Part shown: positions 9,667 to 19,179 of the stretch, one piece after another
How positions within the stretch are numbered: the first letter of the stretch is position 1
How the letters are laid out: every line of letters starts with the position of its first letter
Source: Acidobacteriota bacterium
GTDB lineage: Bacteria > Acidobacteriota > Vicinamibacteria > Vicinamibacterales > UBA8438
Assembly (NCBI GenBank): GCA_011523845.1
Contig: WTFV01000011.1
Coordinates: 68,871 to 132,870, forward strand
Reading direction: 5' to 3'
DNA: 64,000 bases
Position numbers and translations under genes: made by a program
The notes under the pieces: generated by a model
What the model saw: only the letters and a program-made list of their open reading frames with translations
The model's database searches: none
Told to the model about the DNA's origin: nothing

Positions 9667-10323
9667 TCAGGGCGACGGGAACGCGTCTGCGACCCGGCGC
9701 GCATCGATCTGCTCCAGCCCGATCCCATCCGCCCGGCCCTTCCTGTACCAGTCGGCCGCGAACCGGGCCTTCGCGTAGGCGTCCCGTTTCTGCGGTCCGT
9801 TGATGTGTTTGAAGCCGATGAAGGCGCGGGCCCGCTCCCGATTCGCGACGAGATAGGCAGAAACCTCGTTGAGCGTCTGCCGGACCTCGTCGTCGAGCTT
9901 CGGAACGGTGATGCGGGTGCTCTCGGCGGCTGCGATCCTGCTCACCAGGGCCGGTTCCCGCAGCAGACGCAGCGTGGCGAGCCGCCGGTTGCCTTCCAGG
10001 ACGATGAGTCCGTCATCGTCGCCGTCGCTGTCGCGCATCACGACCAGCGGCTCGATGTCTAGGTACCCGTTGGCGGAGATCGACTGCAACAGCTCGTCGA
10101 GCTCGGCCCCGCGGTAGAGGCGCGCAATGATCCACTCGTCGGACGCATCGGCCGCCTCGCCGACGAGCCGCGGGTTTCCCCGGTCCAGCCGCAGCCGCTC
10201 GACCGGCACCTTCGTGGTCGCCTCGAGCTCCATCGTCATCCCGCTGCGCATCCTCTCCTCGGCAGCGAGCTTGTCGCGTATCGCACCCACCCCGGCCACG
10301 ATGGGATCGTCACGCATAGCCAT
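9667..10323 (-). CDS. ParB/Srx N-terminal-domain protein, probably C-terminally truncated
   Basis: Tail of track ORF 9667..11535. Start MAMRDDP at 10323. LDIEPLVV...LIVLEGNRRLATLRLL is the ParB-like GxxRxxA box. It ends only about 70 aa after FIGFKHINGPQKRDAYAKARF, whereas I remember homologues as longer. Confidence 0.55.
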   Translation of the reverse strand: MAMRDDPIVAGVGAIRDKLAAEERMRSGMTMELEATTKVPVERLRLDRGNPRLVGEAADASDEWIIARLYRGAELDELLQSISANGYLDIEPLVVMRDSDGDDDGLIVLEGNRRLATLRLLREPALVSRIAAAESTRITVPKLDDEVRQTLNEVSAYLVANRERARAFIGFKHINGPQKRDAYAKARFAADWYRKGRADGIGLEQIDARRVADAFPSP

Positions 10324-10361
10324 GTCACAAAGATAGCCGATGCCGTTCGCCGTGCACGGTT

Positions 10362-12467
10362 TCAGCGTGCACCGGAGCGCCGGAACCGTTCCAGCAGCTC
10401 CCGGTACCGCCGGTCGGCCTCCGCCACGCGGGGCTCGAGGCGGGGCCGCTGCTCTTGCCACCGCTCGACCAGCGTCGTGGCCGTTTCCCAGGTCTCCAGG
10501 TCCTGTTGCGGATCGATCGGGGCGGAGAGCAGCGCCTGCAACTGCGCGCGGTGGTGGGCCACCAGCTCCGGCACCGCCTCCCGCTTCCAGGTCGGCTCGT
10601 CGCCGACCACCACGTAGATCGGAGCGCTGTGGGCCACCGTCGTGTCGCGGGATGCCTGTCGCCCGCCCCAGGCGCGAACGGCGATCCACAGGCTGCCCTC
10701 CGCCGCCATCCGACGGCTCAGCGACACCGTGTCGGTCCCGTCGGCCGTTGCTGTCGCCGCAACGTCGCCGAGGGTGACCAGCTCCAGGCGGTCGAGCCGG
10801 TCGAATTCCGGGTTCAGGCGGGCCGACGCCTCGATGTCGAGCGGGGCCCCGCGCGCGACGCGCACCTCGTCCCCCATCGGCCGGCCGTTGACCGACAGCT
10901 CCAGGAAGGGACCGTTGGTGACGTAGGCGCGGCCCGCCCGGAACGCATCGAACCACGCGTCCGCCGAGAACGGTCCGTCCAGCCGGACGTAGGTGCGCTC
11001 GACGCCGGGCAGCGTGGGTCCGAAGTACGGGAAGTCGGCGCCGGCGACCGGCAGCACCCGGTAGCCGAGGTTGAGGAAGGTGTACCAGATCTCGGTGTTC
11101 AGCCGTCCGCCCTGCAGCACCTCGATGAAGTCGATCAAGCCGAACGGCACGTCGAGCGCGAGGCCGCGGCGCCCGTTGAACAGCTCGCCCAGATGCGCGT
11201 ATCCGGTAATCCCGCCCTGCCGGCGCGTGTTCTCGAAGATCTCGTGGTACTCGAAGAAGGAACCGGGCTCGTGCACGGGCCGCTCGATGTTCCAGTGCAT
11301 GGTGTGGCCCCGCTGCCCGGTCCGCGGGTCTTCCTGCCCCGACACCAGCACCCGGCCATCGCGCGCGTAGCGCCCCGCCCGGCCCCAGGCCGGCTGCCTG
11401 AAATGCGTGCCCGCGACGTTGCCCATCTCCAGGAGGTTGGCGACATACAGGTCCTCGGCGGCGATCTGGCCCCAGACGGCATCGTCGGCCGGCCGGTCGC
11501 GCATCAGGTGCACGTGCGAGTCGCCCGAGTACCACCCGGCGGCGGGCAGGTCGGCGTAGCGTTGCAGCGGGACGGTGACCGCGGTCGTCTCGTCGGGTCG
11601 AATCTCGATCGCGCCGCGGTGCGATCGGTACTCCGGCCCGCGCGTGACCACCAGCTCGTAGGCGCCGGCGGGAAGGCGGCTCTCGTAGCTGCTGTCGACA
11701 TAGAAGGCCAGGCGGTTGCTCGATGGCCAGGCCGTGCGCGCGTTGACGCGCAGCAGGCGGATCTCGTCGGTGAACCGGTGGATGCTGAGCGCCCGATCGG
11801 ACGGGAGGGGTGCGCGGCCGGTGGCGTCGTACAGGCCGACCCGCGCCGGGACCGCCGGTCCGCCGTCGCCGTCGCGCACGTCGAGGACGAGGCGCCCGGA
11901 CCGGGTTGGCGGCCGCGTCTCGCCGCTGCGCTCGACGGACACGTCACACAGGGCGATGCCTTCCCGCGCGCTCACGGCGAGGTCGGTGCCCCGGACGCCG
12001 CGGCCGGCGAAGCGGGCCCGGTCGAGGGTCAGCGTGGTGCTCGCGAAGGCGCCGCCCCGCGCCGGGGCGATCGCGTCGGTGACGCCGACCCCTTCGCCGC
12101 CGTTGCGATCCCACCCCACGACAAAGGGCGTCGTCGATTCGGTGGCGTAGGTCAACGTCAGCGTGACCGGCTCGTCGATGTCGAAGGCGTAGTCGTCGTC
12201 GACGTCGAGGGCGAAGAGCGCGCCGACGAGGCACGAGCGCCCTTCGACGTCCCGCACCTCCATCGTGCGCCGGGTGCCCGGGGTGCCCAGCTCGGATCGG
12301 CTCACCGCGAGCACGCGGGGAACGCGGTCCCGCTGCCACGGCGCCACCTCGACGTAGCGCGCCTCGCTGCCGTGCGCCACCACCGTCGTGTCGCCGGCGG
12401 CGAGCCAGACCGTCGCGGCCAGCAACAGCAGCGCCGCCACCGTCCGCCGGAAGTCATCGCGTGTCAT
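10362..12467 (-). CDS. CehA/McbA-like PHP-domain metallohydrolase, exported
   Basis: Real start MTRDDFRRTVAALLLLAATVWLAAG at 12467, with SD GGAAAGGAA upstream. Contains WYSGDSHVHL and later His/Asp-rich PHP-like blocks. 701 aa. Confidence 0.65.
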   Translation of the reverse strand: MTRDDFRRTVAALLLLAATVWLAAGDTTVVAHGSEARYVEVAPWQRDRVPRVLAVSRSELGTPGTRRTMEVRDVEGRSCLVGALFALDVDDDYAFDIDEPVTLTLTYATESTTPFVVGWDRNGGEGVGVTDAIAPARGGAFASTTLTLDRARFAGRGVRGTDLAVSAREGIALCDVSVERSGETRPPTRSGRLVLDVRDGDGGPAVPARVGLYDATGRAPLPSDRALSIHRFTDEIRLLRVNARTAWPSSNRLAFYVDSSYESRLPAGAYELVVTRGPEYRSHRGAIEIRPDETTAVTVPLQRYADLPAAGWYSGDSHVHLMRDRPADDAVWGQIAAEDLYVANLLEMGNVAGTHFRQPAWGRAGRYARDGRVLVSGQEDPRTGQRGHTMHWNIERPVHEPGSFFEYHEIFENTRRQGGITGYAHLGELFNGRRGLALDVPFGLIDFIEVLQGGRLNTEIWYTFLNLGYRVLPVAGADFPYFGPTLPGVERTYVRLDGPFSADAWFDAFRAGRAYVTNGPFLELSVNGRPMGDEVRVARGAPLDIEASARLNPEFDRLDRLELVTLGDVAATATADGTDTVSLSRRMAAEGSLWIAVRAWGGRQASRDTTVAHSAPIYVVVGDEPTWKREAVPELVAHHRAQLQALLSAPIDPQQDLETWETATTLVERWQEQRPRLEPRVAEADRRYRELLERFRRSGAR

Positions 12468-12499
12468 GTCGGCGTTCCTTTCCGTTGTGCGGTACCGGT

Positions 12500-12650
12500 T
12501 CGTCGTGCGTCCCATCGAGCCAGTTCTCGACGACCAGCGCGGGGAACCCGCCGGGATTCGTCGACCATTCGCCGTTACCACGGTCAGGTCCGCTGCCAGC
12601 GGCTGCGCGGCAATCAGCATGTCGTTCGGTCCGATCGGCGTAGCGCGACG
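12500..12650 (-). pseudogene. vapC (PIN) C-terminal remnant, frameshifted
   Basis: The 5' extension of track ORF 10362..12698 reads RATPIGPNDMLIAAQPLAADLTVVTANG. A shifted frame then reads EWSTNPGGFPALVVENWLD. Together they resemble the VapC C-terminus (G.piG.nDllIAA.A...ltLVT.N..eF..vpgL.veNW). No N-terminal half is present. Confidence 0.35.
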
Positions 12651-12822
12651 TTCACTTGCACACCCGCGACTCGCCGACTTCGGCAATGCTATTCGCAACC
12701 GCCCCAGGATGCCGTCACTTCAACGCCGGCGGACGCGGATGGCAGACGCGCATCGACAGGGCGCTTCGGAATGGATCGCGAAACACGAGGTCGCCGGCGC
12801 GCTCGACCGCGCGGACGATCAG

Positions 12823-12960
12823 CTACGGGCCAGCGTCCGTCCCCTCGCAACGATGCCGCGCGAGCACGTAGAACGCGGTACCGTGCTCGCCGTCATCCGT
12901 GGTTCGCGCGAGCGAGAAGCCGAGGCGCCGGAGCACGGCGCCGGAGGCCGCGTTCGGAAT
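12823..12960 (-). pseudogene. GNAT (RimJ/RimL-type) N-acetyltransferase, 3' fragment displaced by the transposon
   Basis: Hand translation: IPNAASGAVLRRLGFSLARTTDDGEHGTAFYVLARHRCEGTDAGP*. This is the missing C-terminus of the GNAT fragment at 20789-21186 and is in the same phase relative to the 8-bp duplication. Confidence 0.75.
12953..12960. repeat. Target-site duplication, left copy (TTCGGAAT)
   Basis: Identical 8-mer at 20789-20796. Each copy directly abuts a transposon end. Confidence 0.85.
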
Positions 12961-12990
12961 GGGGATTACATACATACATGATCACGCGCC
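12961..12990. repeat. Transposon left inverted repeat
   Basis: GGGGATTACATACATACATGATCACGCGCC. Contains a (CATA)3 microrepeat. Compare with the reverse complement of 20759-20788. Confidence 0.8.
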
Positions 12991-13454
12991 GGGATGCGGG
13001 CGCCGAAACGTCAATGTTTGCAGGAGTTTTCGGCGACTGACCGGCCTCGCGGAATGTTGACAACAAGCGGTCGATGACGGCAGGCACCGGCGCAGGATCA
13101 GAACAGCATCCCGGCCTCCGGATCTCCAGCCGCAGCCGACAAGACCGATCGGATCCCGGATCCGGTACGGCACTGGGTTCCGAGCCGTTCTGGCCTCTCG
13201 ATCGCTTGACCGCGGCGGCCGGTAGCAGCTACCCTGACCATCGTGCATGCGATCTTGCCTTCTGCGATCCTGAGCAGCGCGGCGTCGACCGTGGCAGGCT
13301 CCCGTCTGCCAGATTCTGACTGATCACCCCTGTACAGCCAGATGAACTGGACCGGCTCCATGCCTGGGCCAGGCACCAGTTTGTACGCCGCCTTGCACGG
13401 TCATGCGGCAGGAAGTAAATCTGCGTAAGTCCTGTATTTTCTAGAGTTTACGGC

Positions 13455-14519
13455 TTGTCATATGAAGTGCCTCTCGTTCAGGCTACTTCTATGCCCCAAC
13501 CGGGACCGGGCCGTTCTCACCGTCAAGGGATCACCTTGAAGAAACTGTTCAAACGGTTCCCGGACAACGCCGCAGCCGAGAAGTGGTTCCTCGAGAAACG
13601 CTGGCCGAACGGTATCGCCTGCCCTCGTTGCGGCTCGTTGAACGTCCTAACCAAGACCAAGCACAAGAACATGCCGTACCAGTGCCGAGACTGCCGAAAG
13701 TTCTTCTCGGTGCGGACCGGCATGCCGATGCAGTCCAGCAAGCTCGGGCTCCAGACCTGGCTGATCGCGATGTACCTCCACTCGACCTCGCTGAAGGGCG
13801 TGTCGAGCATGAAGCTGCACCGCGACCTGGGGATCACGCAGAAGAGCGCCTGGTTCCTAGCACATCGGGTCCGGGAGATGTGGCGCCGTGACGAGACGAA
13901 GGACGAAGTATTCGTCGGCCCGATCGAGGCCGACGAGGCGTTCATCGGCGGCAAGGTCAAGTCCATGAGTGCCAGCCGCCGCAAGCAGTTCAAGGGGCGG
14001 GGGCCGTTCGCGAACAAGGCCGCCGTGGCCGGCGTCAAGGATCGTTCGTCCAATCAGGTCAGGATCCGTGTCATCGGAACGGTGACCAGCGAGGCGCTTC
14101 GCGAGTTCGTCGAACGGTACCGAAACGAGCGCACACGCCTCTTCACCGACGAAGCTGCCGCCTACGAAGACCTCAAAAGGCACGATGCCGTAAAGCACAG
14201 CGCCAAGGAGTACGTCCGCGACGAGATCCACACAAATGGAATTGAGTCTTTCTGGTCCATGCTCAAGCGTGGTTACATCGGCACGTACCACCGAATGTCG
14301 TTCGAGCATCTGTTCAGGTACGCGACTGAGTTCGAAGCCCGGCATAACTGCCGCGACTTCGATACCGAGCAGCAGTTGATTCTGATGGTCAGAGGCGCCG
14401 AAGGCCAGGTGCTGCCCTACGCCAAACTCGTCGAGTACGGCGAACGCGCCGTCAAGATCGCCCTGGGCTGGAAGCCGCCGGTCCACTGGCGCCACCGGAA
14501 GACCGCCAAGTCCGATTGA
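13455..14519 (+). CDS. IS1595-family (ISXO2-like) DDE transposase with N-terminal zinc ribbon
   Basis: 354-aa ORF. Zinc ribbon CPRCGS...CRDCRKFFS. DDE-type blocks VFVGPIEADEAFIGG, RLFTDEAAAYEDL, IHTNGIESFWSMLKRG. Start ambiguous (TTG 13455, GTG 13467, ATG 13491). Confidence 0.9.
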   Translation: MSYEVPLVQATSMPQPGPGRSHRQGITLKKLFKRFPDNAAAEKWFLEKRWPNGIACPRCGSLNVLTKTKHKNMPYQCRDCRKFFSVRTGMPMQSSKLGLQTWLIAMYLHSTSLKGVSSMKLHRDLGITQKSAWFLAHRVREMWRRDETKDEVFVGPIEADEAFIGGKVKSMSASRRKQFKGRGPFANKAAVAGVKDRSSNQVRIRVIGTVTSEALREFVERYRNERTRLFTDEAAAYEDLKRHDAVKHSAKEYVRDEIHTNGIESFWSMLKRGYIGTYHRMSFEHLFRYATEFEARHNCRDFDTEQQLILMVRGAEGQVLPYAKLVEYGERAVKIALGWKPPVHWRHRKTAKSD

Positions 14520-14588
14520 CGTTTACACGAGGGGCGGAGCCCAAGGCGGAGCCCCGGCCCCTGGGCACCCGAGCTGTGTTGGTTGTCG

Positions 14589-14768
14589 CTACGCCTCGCA
14601 CTCCTTCGGCCGCGGCGATTGGTGACCGAAGCCGTCGCCGTGCGGCCTGATCGGCTCGCCGCAGCTTCCGCACCGGAACAGCTTGTTGGTATCGCCGCCG
14701 GCCTGCTTGACCAGCTTGGCGATGAGGATCGCAACCTCTCGATCGACGATGACCTGCCGCATCTCCAT
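14589..14768 (-). CDS. Small hypothetical protein with CxxC motif
   Basis: MEMRQVIVDREVAILIAKLVKQAGGDTNKLFRCGSCGEPIRPHGDGFGH... Its ATG overlaps the stop of the upstream gene (ATGA at 14766-14770). Confidence 0.4.
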   Translation of the reverse strand: MEMRQVIVDREVAILIAKLVKQAGGDTNKLFRCGSCGEPIRPHGDGFGHQSPRPKECEA

Positions 14769-15184
14769 CAGCCGATCTCCAGGCTGGTGACCCGGTAGCC
14801 GGCTAGGTCGGATCCCGAGCCGTTCACGACGCACCGGTAGTTGAGCCGCACGGCCGCACCGAAGGCGTTGGTCGTGTCGACGTACGACTCGAGGACGTGC
14901 TCCTGCGTCCCGATGTGCCGAACCTGAGACGCCATCGAGAACAGCGGAAAGTCGCCGCCCGCCGGGTCAGCGAGCCTCTGCCGGACCGCCGCCACGCACG
15001 CCCTGGCGGTGTTGGTCGCCGCGGCGCGGGTTGCGCGCTCGGTCGCGCGCTCCGCGGCAACGGTGGGGCTGACAGTCTCGTCGTTCCCGCCGTCGGGAAG
15101 GATCCAGACCAGCCCCAGGACAAGAAGAGATCCGACGATGACCTTGAACCAGACGGGCGGTTCCGACGACTTGTCGACCTGCAT
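14768..15184 (-). CDS. Membrane-anchored hypothetical protein
   Basis: Start MQVDKSSEPPVWFKVIVGSLLVLGLVWILP (one TM helix) at 15184, followed by a soluble domain of about 100 aa. No family recognised. Confidence 0.5.
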   Translation of the reverse strand: MQVDKSSEPPVWFKVIVGSLLVLGLVWILPDGGNDETVSPTVAAERATERATRAAATNTARACVAAVRQRLADPAGGDFPLFSMASQVRHIGTQEHVLESYVDTTNAFGAAVRLNYRCVVNGSGSDLAGYRVTSLEIG

Positions 15185-15652
15185 GGCTGTCCTCTTTCGG
15201 CCCCGACCTGAAGTGGTCACCGGGCCGGTTGCCAGACAGACCAGTACGCGATGCGGACAGGCTCCCGCGTGTTCCCTGCTGGCGCAGGTCTCGTATTCCG
15301 CGGGCGGCCCGGTGTCGGGCCGCGCCCCGGTCTGTCTGGCAAGAGGCAGCCTACGGGACGGCCGCCGCAGAATCAAGCGGTTGGGTACGGAAAAGTGCTA
15401 TGCTGGCGGTCATGGAGAACGAAGAACCGCACCGTCGGCCCTGCGGTTGACCGCCCGGCCTGAGCCGCAACTCGCAGATGTCGAAGGACGACTCCCGGTA
15501 CCAGCCGACCAGGACCGACATCGAGGAGGACATGCGGGTCGACGCCTCGTTCGAGGAGTTGGTCGACGCCATGTTTGGCCGACGCCGGCCGCGGCACGTG
15601 ATCCACTGACGGCGGAACCGTAGCCTTTGGTTGGTAAGAGGAGGACCGAATA

Positions 15653-15979
15653 ATGGTCGACATAGAAGAACTCAGCGAGAACGAAACTAAGGTGATGGCT
15701 ACGATCTTGGGGTCACGACGAAAGGATGATGGTCTAGGTGAAGCAGAGTTTTGTGCACTCACTGGTTTGTCTAACGTGGATTTCAATCTTGCGATTATAG
15801 ATTTAGAAAAACGCAAGATTCCAATCAAGGACCTTGGTGAGTTTCCTATGGTCTTCCGGTCTCAGGGCAAGATAAAGGCGAACTCGCACGCGTGGGAGTT
15901 TGTCAGTAAGCACAGGGAGCGGTTGGCCTCCGTCTGGTCGGAAATAGAAGCGACCAGAGACACATCCTTTGTGCCTTGA
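15653..15979 (+). CDS. Hypothetical protein, possible winged-helix DNA-binding fold
   Basis: 108 aa in a 35-50 % GC patch. LSENETKVMATILG...GEAEFCALTGLSNVDFNLAIIDLEKRK is MarR/wHTH-like in spacing only. Confidence 0.45.
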   Translation: MVDIEELSENETKVMATILGSRRKDDGLGEAEFCALTGLSNVDFNLAIIDLEKRKIPIKDLGEFPMVFRSQGKIKANSHAWEFVSKHRERLASVWSEIEATRDTSFVP

Positions 15980-16404
15980 CCGTGCTACCTTTCCGGGAAA
16001 AGGTAGTTGGCCACGTCGCCGTATGGAGAACGAAGTTGGATAAACTCATGTGGGGCACGTGTGGGCAAGAACCGCAGTGGTGCAGCTTTCAGCATCTCAA
16101 TTTGCAGAACCTCGAGTACGAGGGCGTCTATATCATCTGGCACGATGGAACAGCTCAAAACAACGTCGCCGAGACTGTCCGCATTGGACAAGGCATCATC
16201 AGCCAGCGGATCGCCACGCATCGAAACGACGACGTGATCACAGCGTACGCCGTTCGAGGGAGCCTTCGGGTTACCTGGGCGGCTGTTGCGGGACGGGCTC
16301 GACGACTCGGAATCGAGAGGTATCTCGCCGACGAACTGGACCCTCTCGTCGGGGAGTACCCTGACGTGCGTCCGATCCCAGTAAACCTTCCCTGGGCTCG
16401 TTGA
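15976..16404 (+). CDS. GIY-YIG-like domain protein
   Basis: 142 aa. YEGVYIIWHDG-x11-VRIGQG-x4-RIATH ... GIERYLADE matches the order GIY...YIG...R...E. The start (TTG 15976 or GTG 15982) overlaps the upstream stop. Confidence 0.45.
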   Translation: MTVLPFREKVVGHVAVWRTKLDKLMWGTCGQEPQWCSFQHLNLQNLEYEGVYIIWHDGTAQNNVAETVRIGQGIISQRIATHRNDDVITAYAVRGSLRVTWAAVAGRARRLGIERYLADELDPLVGEYPDVRPIPVNLPWAR

Positions 16405-16994
16405 GCAGGGCGTTGACAGCCTCGATCAGCTTCATCATCTGGTACTGCTGCCACGGCGGATCGCCGGCACCGCTTCGCTGGCGATCCTTGGCCCACGATC
16501 GCGCTGCGAGCAGTGCCGGCCGAATCTGCTCAACCCCAGCCATCGGGAGGTTCACCACAGTACCCATGCCGAAGTATACACGGGCGGGATCGAGCACCCG
16601 CCACTGCTACGTCCCGGAACCTGCACGCTGCAACCGAATGGAACCAGAAAGGCGTGCAGCACGGCGAGCACCTGCTGCTCGACTTCGGGCCGGGAAACGG
16701 CGGGCAGGTCTGGCTCGCCTGGACGGACGTGGCCGATTTCACCGACGTGCTTGCTCAGTAATCAGACTGAGATGCTACCCGAACAGCGGCCGACTGACGA
16801 CTCGTCTGTGCTTGTGATATGATCAAGTCGGCCGGTGGCCGGGTCGTGATTCATGTTCCGCACGGCCGCTGAGCGGAAAACGACCATGCATGACTCAACA
16901 CCAGCGCAACGGGACAGAGCGACAGTAGAGAACGCTGAATCGCGCTTGGCAGCCCCGGAGTTCGAGGTCGTCAGCCATGACCTGTCCCGACCCG

Positions 16995-17309
16995 TCATTC
17001 TCGATTCGTTGACCGTGTCAAGGCTTGAACGGCTCCTATCTCTTGTCCGAGTTCATGCACCACGTCCCGCAAGACCATCTCCCCTCGCTGGCCGTTTCTA
17101 TGCCGTAGCTTCACCGCCCCGTCGTCTGGATCGATAATCGCCTGCATCACTGTAGACAGCAAGCCGAGTCGACCCTCAAGTCGCCGGATCGCCTCTGTCA
17201 GATTCGCTTCGTCCACATCACCCTCCGTACCCGGCGCCGGACCCGCGCCGTGCGATGAATGGCGGATCGGATCGTAGCGCATTGGGTAAAATGAGTCCAT
17301 GCTGATCAC
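16995..17309 (-). CDS. Hypothetical protein (weak call)
   Basis: 104-aa ORF with plausible composition (EANLTEAIRRLEGRLGLLSTVMQAIIDPDDG) and no convincing SD. The competing plus-strand ORF 16853..17137 overlaps it. Confidence 0.3.
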   Translation of the reverse strand: MISMDSFYPMRYDPIRHSSHGAGPAPGTEGDVDEANLTEAIRRLEGRLGLLSTVMQAIIDPDDGAVKLRHRNGQRGEMVLRDVVHELGQEIGAVQALTRSTNRE

Positions 17310-17564
17310 GCGCGCTGGCTGCCCGCTCCCCGTTGCTGCTGCTGTCCTCCTCTCTCTGCTCGGATGTCAGTTCCAAGCTCACCATAATGCTGTCCTGCTC
17401 CTGTTCATCGGTGAAGAAAGTTGTTGGTCAGGAAATTGAACGTCTTGCCCGTGGACTCATCTGCCTGCGCGCACAGCGACAGAAGCTCTATCACCTGGGC
17501 ATTCGCAGCCCGGTGTCGCGGATTAGACGGCCCCGCTTCATGCCGGGCGTCTTCCGCGTACATT

Positions 17565-17957
17565 CTACTTCTGTTCACCTTGAGGCGTAGCGTCAGAACA
17601 TTCTCGGAGAGCAGCACATAGCTGCTTCGGAGATTCGGCAACCACCAGGATCTGGTGGGGATCTGCGGGTGAGTTGCGACGCAGTTCGATAGTGCCTTTG
17701 GTAGGGCGGACTCCACGAAGAGTCGCCACACGCTGGATCTCGCAGATTCTCAGGAAGGTTGGGCCTTCGAAGAAGGCATCCTCTCCCCGGAGAAACACCC
17801 ATTCATCTGCTGTTCTACCGCTCCAGAGTCGTTGCTCCAAAACTGTCACCAGCACCCACCGGGGGACACTGGAACACTCCTCCTGAGCTTTAGCAGTAGT
17901 GGAAATGACGGCGACGACGGCGACGACCGCGGCGACGACGCGAGGCAATGCGCGCAT
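17565..17957 (-). CDS. Secreted hypothetical protein
   Basis: 130 aa. SD GAGAGGAGA lies upstream of the ATG. Signal peptide MRALPRVVAAVVAVVAVISTTAKAQ. Confidence 0.55.
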   Translation of the reverse strand: MRALPRVVAAVVAVVAVISTTAKAQEECSSVPRWVLVTVLEQRLWSGRTADEWVFLRGEDAFFEGPTFLRICEIQRVATLRGVRPTKGTIELRRNSPADPHQILVVAESPKQLCAALRECSDATPQGEQK

Positions 17958-18180
17958 GGTGGTCTCCTCTCAGAGCGCAGGTTCCCCATCCGTGTCCCGA
18001 CACAGGAACGCCCCAGTTCGCACATGCGAACCGGAGCGGAAAGCCATCACCCAAGCGTGAGATCGAACGCCTTGGGATCGAGGACAAGGCTGACGATCCA
18101 TCGTCAAGTACGTGACGGCAAGTCCGGGCTGTCCACTCGTCGGGGGGAAGGGCCGACCAAGGCCGGCCCTTCGCCGTTGT

Positions 18181-18372
18181 CTATCGACGGCCGCCAGCCT
18201 TGTTGTCGCTGCGATCGACGAGAACGTAGGTGCGGTTCGATTCCGTCGTTGGCGGCAGGGTTTCACCCTGCTCGCTGGTGACTTCGCGACCGCCAACGTC
18301 GCCGCCGCGGGGGCCTCGCTCCTGGTACTGGCCAGAGAAAGGCGCCCTAGAGCCTGGACGTAGTCGCTCCAT
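18181..18372 (-). CDS. YjzC-like small protein
   Basis: 63 aa with a strong SD (GAAGGAGGGGGAC then ATG). PGSRAPFSGQYQERGPRGGDVGGREVTSEQGETLPPT resembles the YjzC-type small-protein pattern as I remember it. Confidence 0.45.
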   Translation of the reverse strand: MERLRPGSRAPFSGQYQERGPRGGDVGGREVTSEQGETLPPTTESNRTYVLVDRSDNKAGGRR

Positions 18373-18516
18373 GTCCCCCTCCTTCGGGGATCAGGCCACA
18401 CACCTTCCGGGGGTTGACTCGGCGACTCGATCCGAGCAAGACTGCGACAGCTATACCTCAGTGGTCACTCGGGCCGCTCGGTCAACGTGGGCCGGGTGGC
18501 CCGTTTGACCCAACGC

Positions 18517-18714
18517 CTACGCGCGTTCCCTTGGATCTTCTGTCGGCGTAGCTTGATTCCTCCTCTCCAGTTGGTCGAGTCTGTCCAGGATCGCCAGCCG
18601 AAGCACGGCCGACGGCGAGAGCCCGATTGCCGGCGGCAGTGCGTTCAGACGTTTTCTTGACCCCTCGGGGAGCCTGACGACCACCGTTTCCGGAAATCGT
18701 GTGTTTTGACTCAC
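18517..18714 (-). CDS. Ribbon-helix-helix (CopG/Arc-type) DNA-binding protein
   Basis: GTG at 18714 has GGAGG 9 nt upstream. TVVVRLPEGSRKRLNALPPAIGLSPSAVLRLAILDRLDQLERR is a beta-strand followed by two helices. The track ORF (18517..18771) probably over-extends the 5' end. Confidence 0.55.
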   Translation of the reverse strand: MSQNTRFPETVVVRLPEGSRKRLNALPPAIGLSPSAVLRLAILDRLDQLERRNQATPTEDPRERA

Positions 18715-18789
18715 TTCCCTGAACCTCCATTGCTGACCTGAAATACTCACATAAGCAGTCTGAATTGTCAACGAAATGGATACAGGTCA

Positions 18790-19179
18790 TCATGCGTTTC
18801 TCGATTTCTGCGACCCTGGCGGCATTCTGAGCTCCTTGGGTGTCGAGCGCGATGAAGGCGACGAGCAGGACTGGCGGGGCGGGGAACGACGAGAGGGCGA
18901 CGAGCGGTCGACGCCTGTCCAGGACGGTTGCAGGTGCTCGATCTGTTCTTCGATCTGGAGGTCGAGACGCTTATCGCGCGCGGCACCGTTCTTCCCGCAT
19001 CCCGATCGAGAAGTTGCCGCTGCCGGAGCCGGCTCCGGAGCACCCGAGCAAGACGGACCGACGAACCGGACACAGTCGACCGGATCATCGACGACGCGCG
19101 CCGGCCCCTCGCCGCAGCCATCGGCGTGCCTGCGGACCGGGTCAAGGTCGTCTTCCGGATCGAGGACCGGTAGGATCAT
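18790..19179 (-). CDS. Hypothetical acidic protein (weak call)
   Basis: Frame chosen by a hand third-position GC count (about 75 %). MILPVLDPEDDLDPV...RDKRLDLQIEEQIEHLQ. Stops 18 nt before the RHH gene region. Confidence 0.3.
   Translation of the reverse strand: MILPVLDPEDDLDPVRRHADGCGEGPARVVDDPVDCVRFVGPSCSGAPEPAPAAATSRSGCGKNGAARDKRLDLQIEEQIEHLQPSWTGVDRSSPSRRSPPRQSCSSPSSRSTPKELRMPPGSQKSRNA

Noticed and set aside
6508-13040. ORFs 6508..9042(+), 8493..9803(+), 10455..13040(+), and the 5' parts of 6694..9585(-) and 9667..11535(-)
   Set aside because: These are shadow or read-through frames of the TolB-like, cyclase, ParB-like and PHP-hydrolase genes. Real starts were identified by signal peptides and SD sequences.
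13098-13376. 92-aa minus-strand ORF between the left IR and the transposase
   Set aside because: Moderate third-position GC but no motif, no SD and no partner. It could be a remnant and is not supportable as a gene.
16271-16761. ORFs 16271..16597(-) and 16513..16761(+) in the cargo region
   Set aside because: The minus ORF overlaps the GIY-YIG-like gene by 134 nt and turns Arg-rich there. The plus ORF has implausible composition. It may be gene debris, so it is left unannotated.
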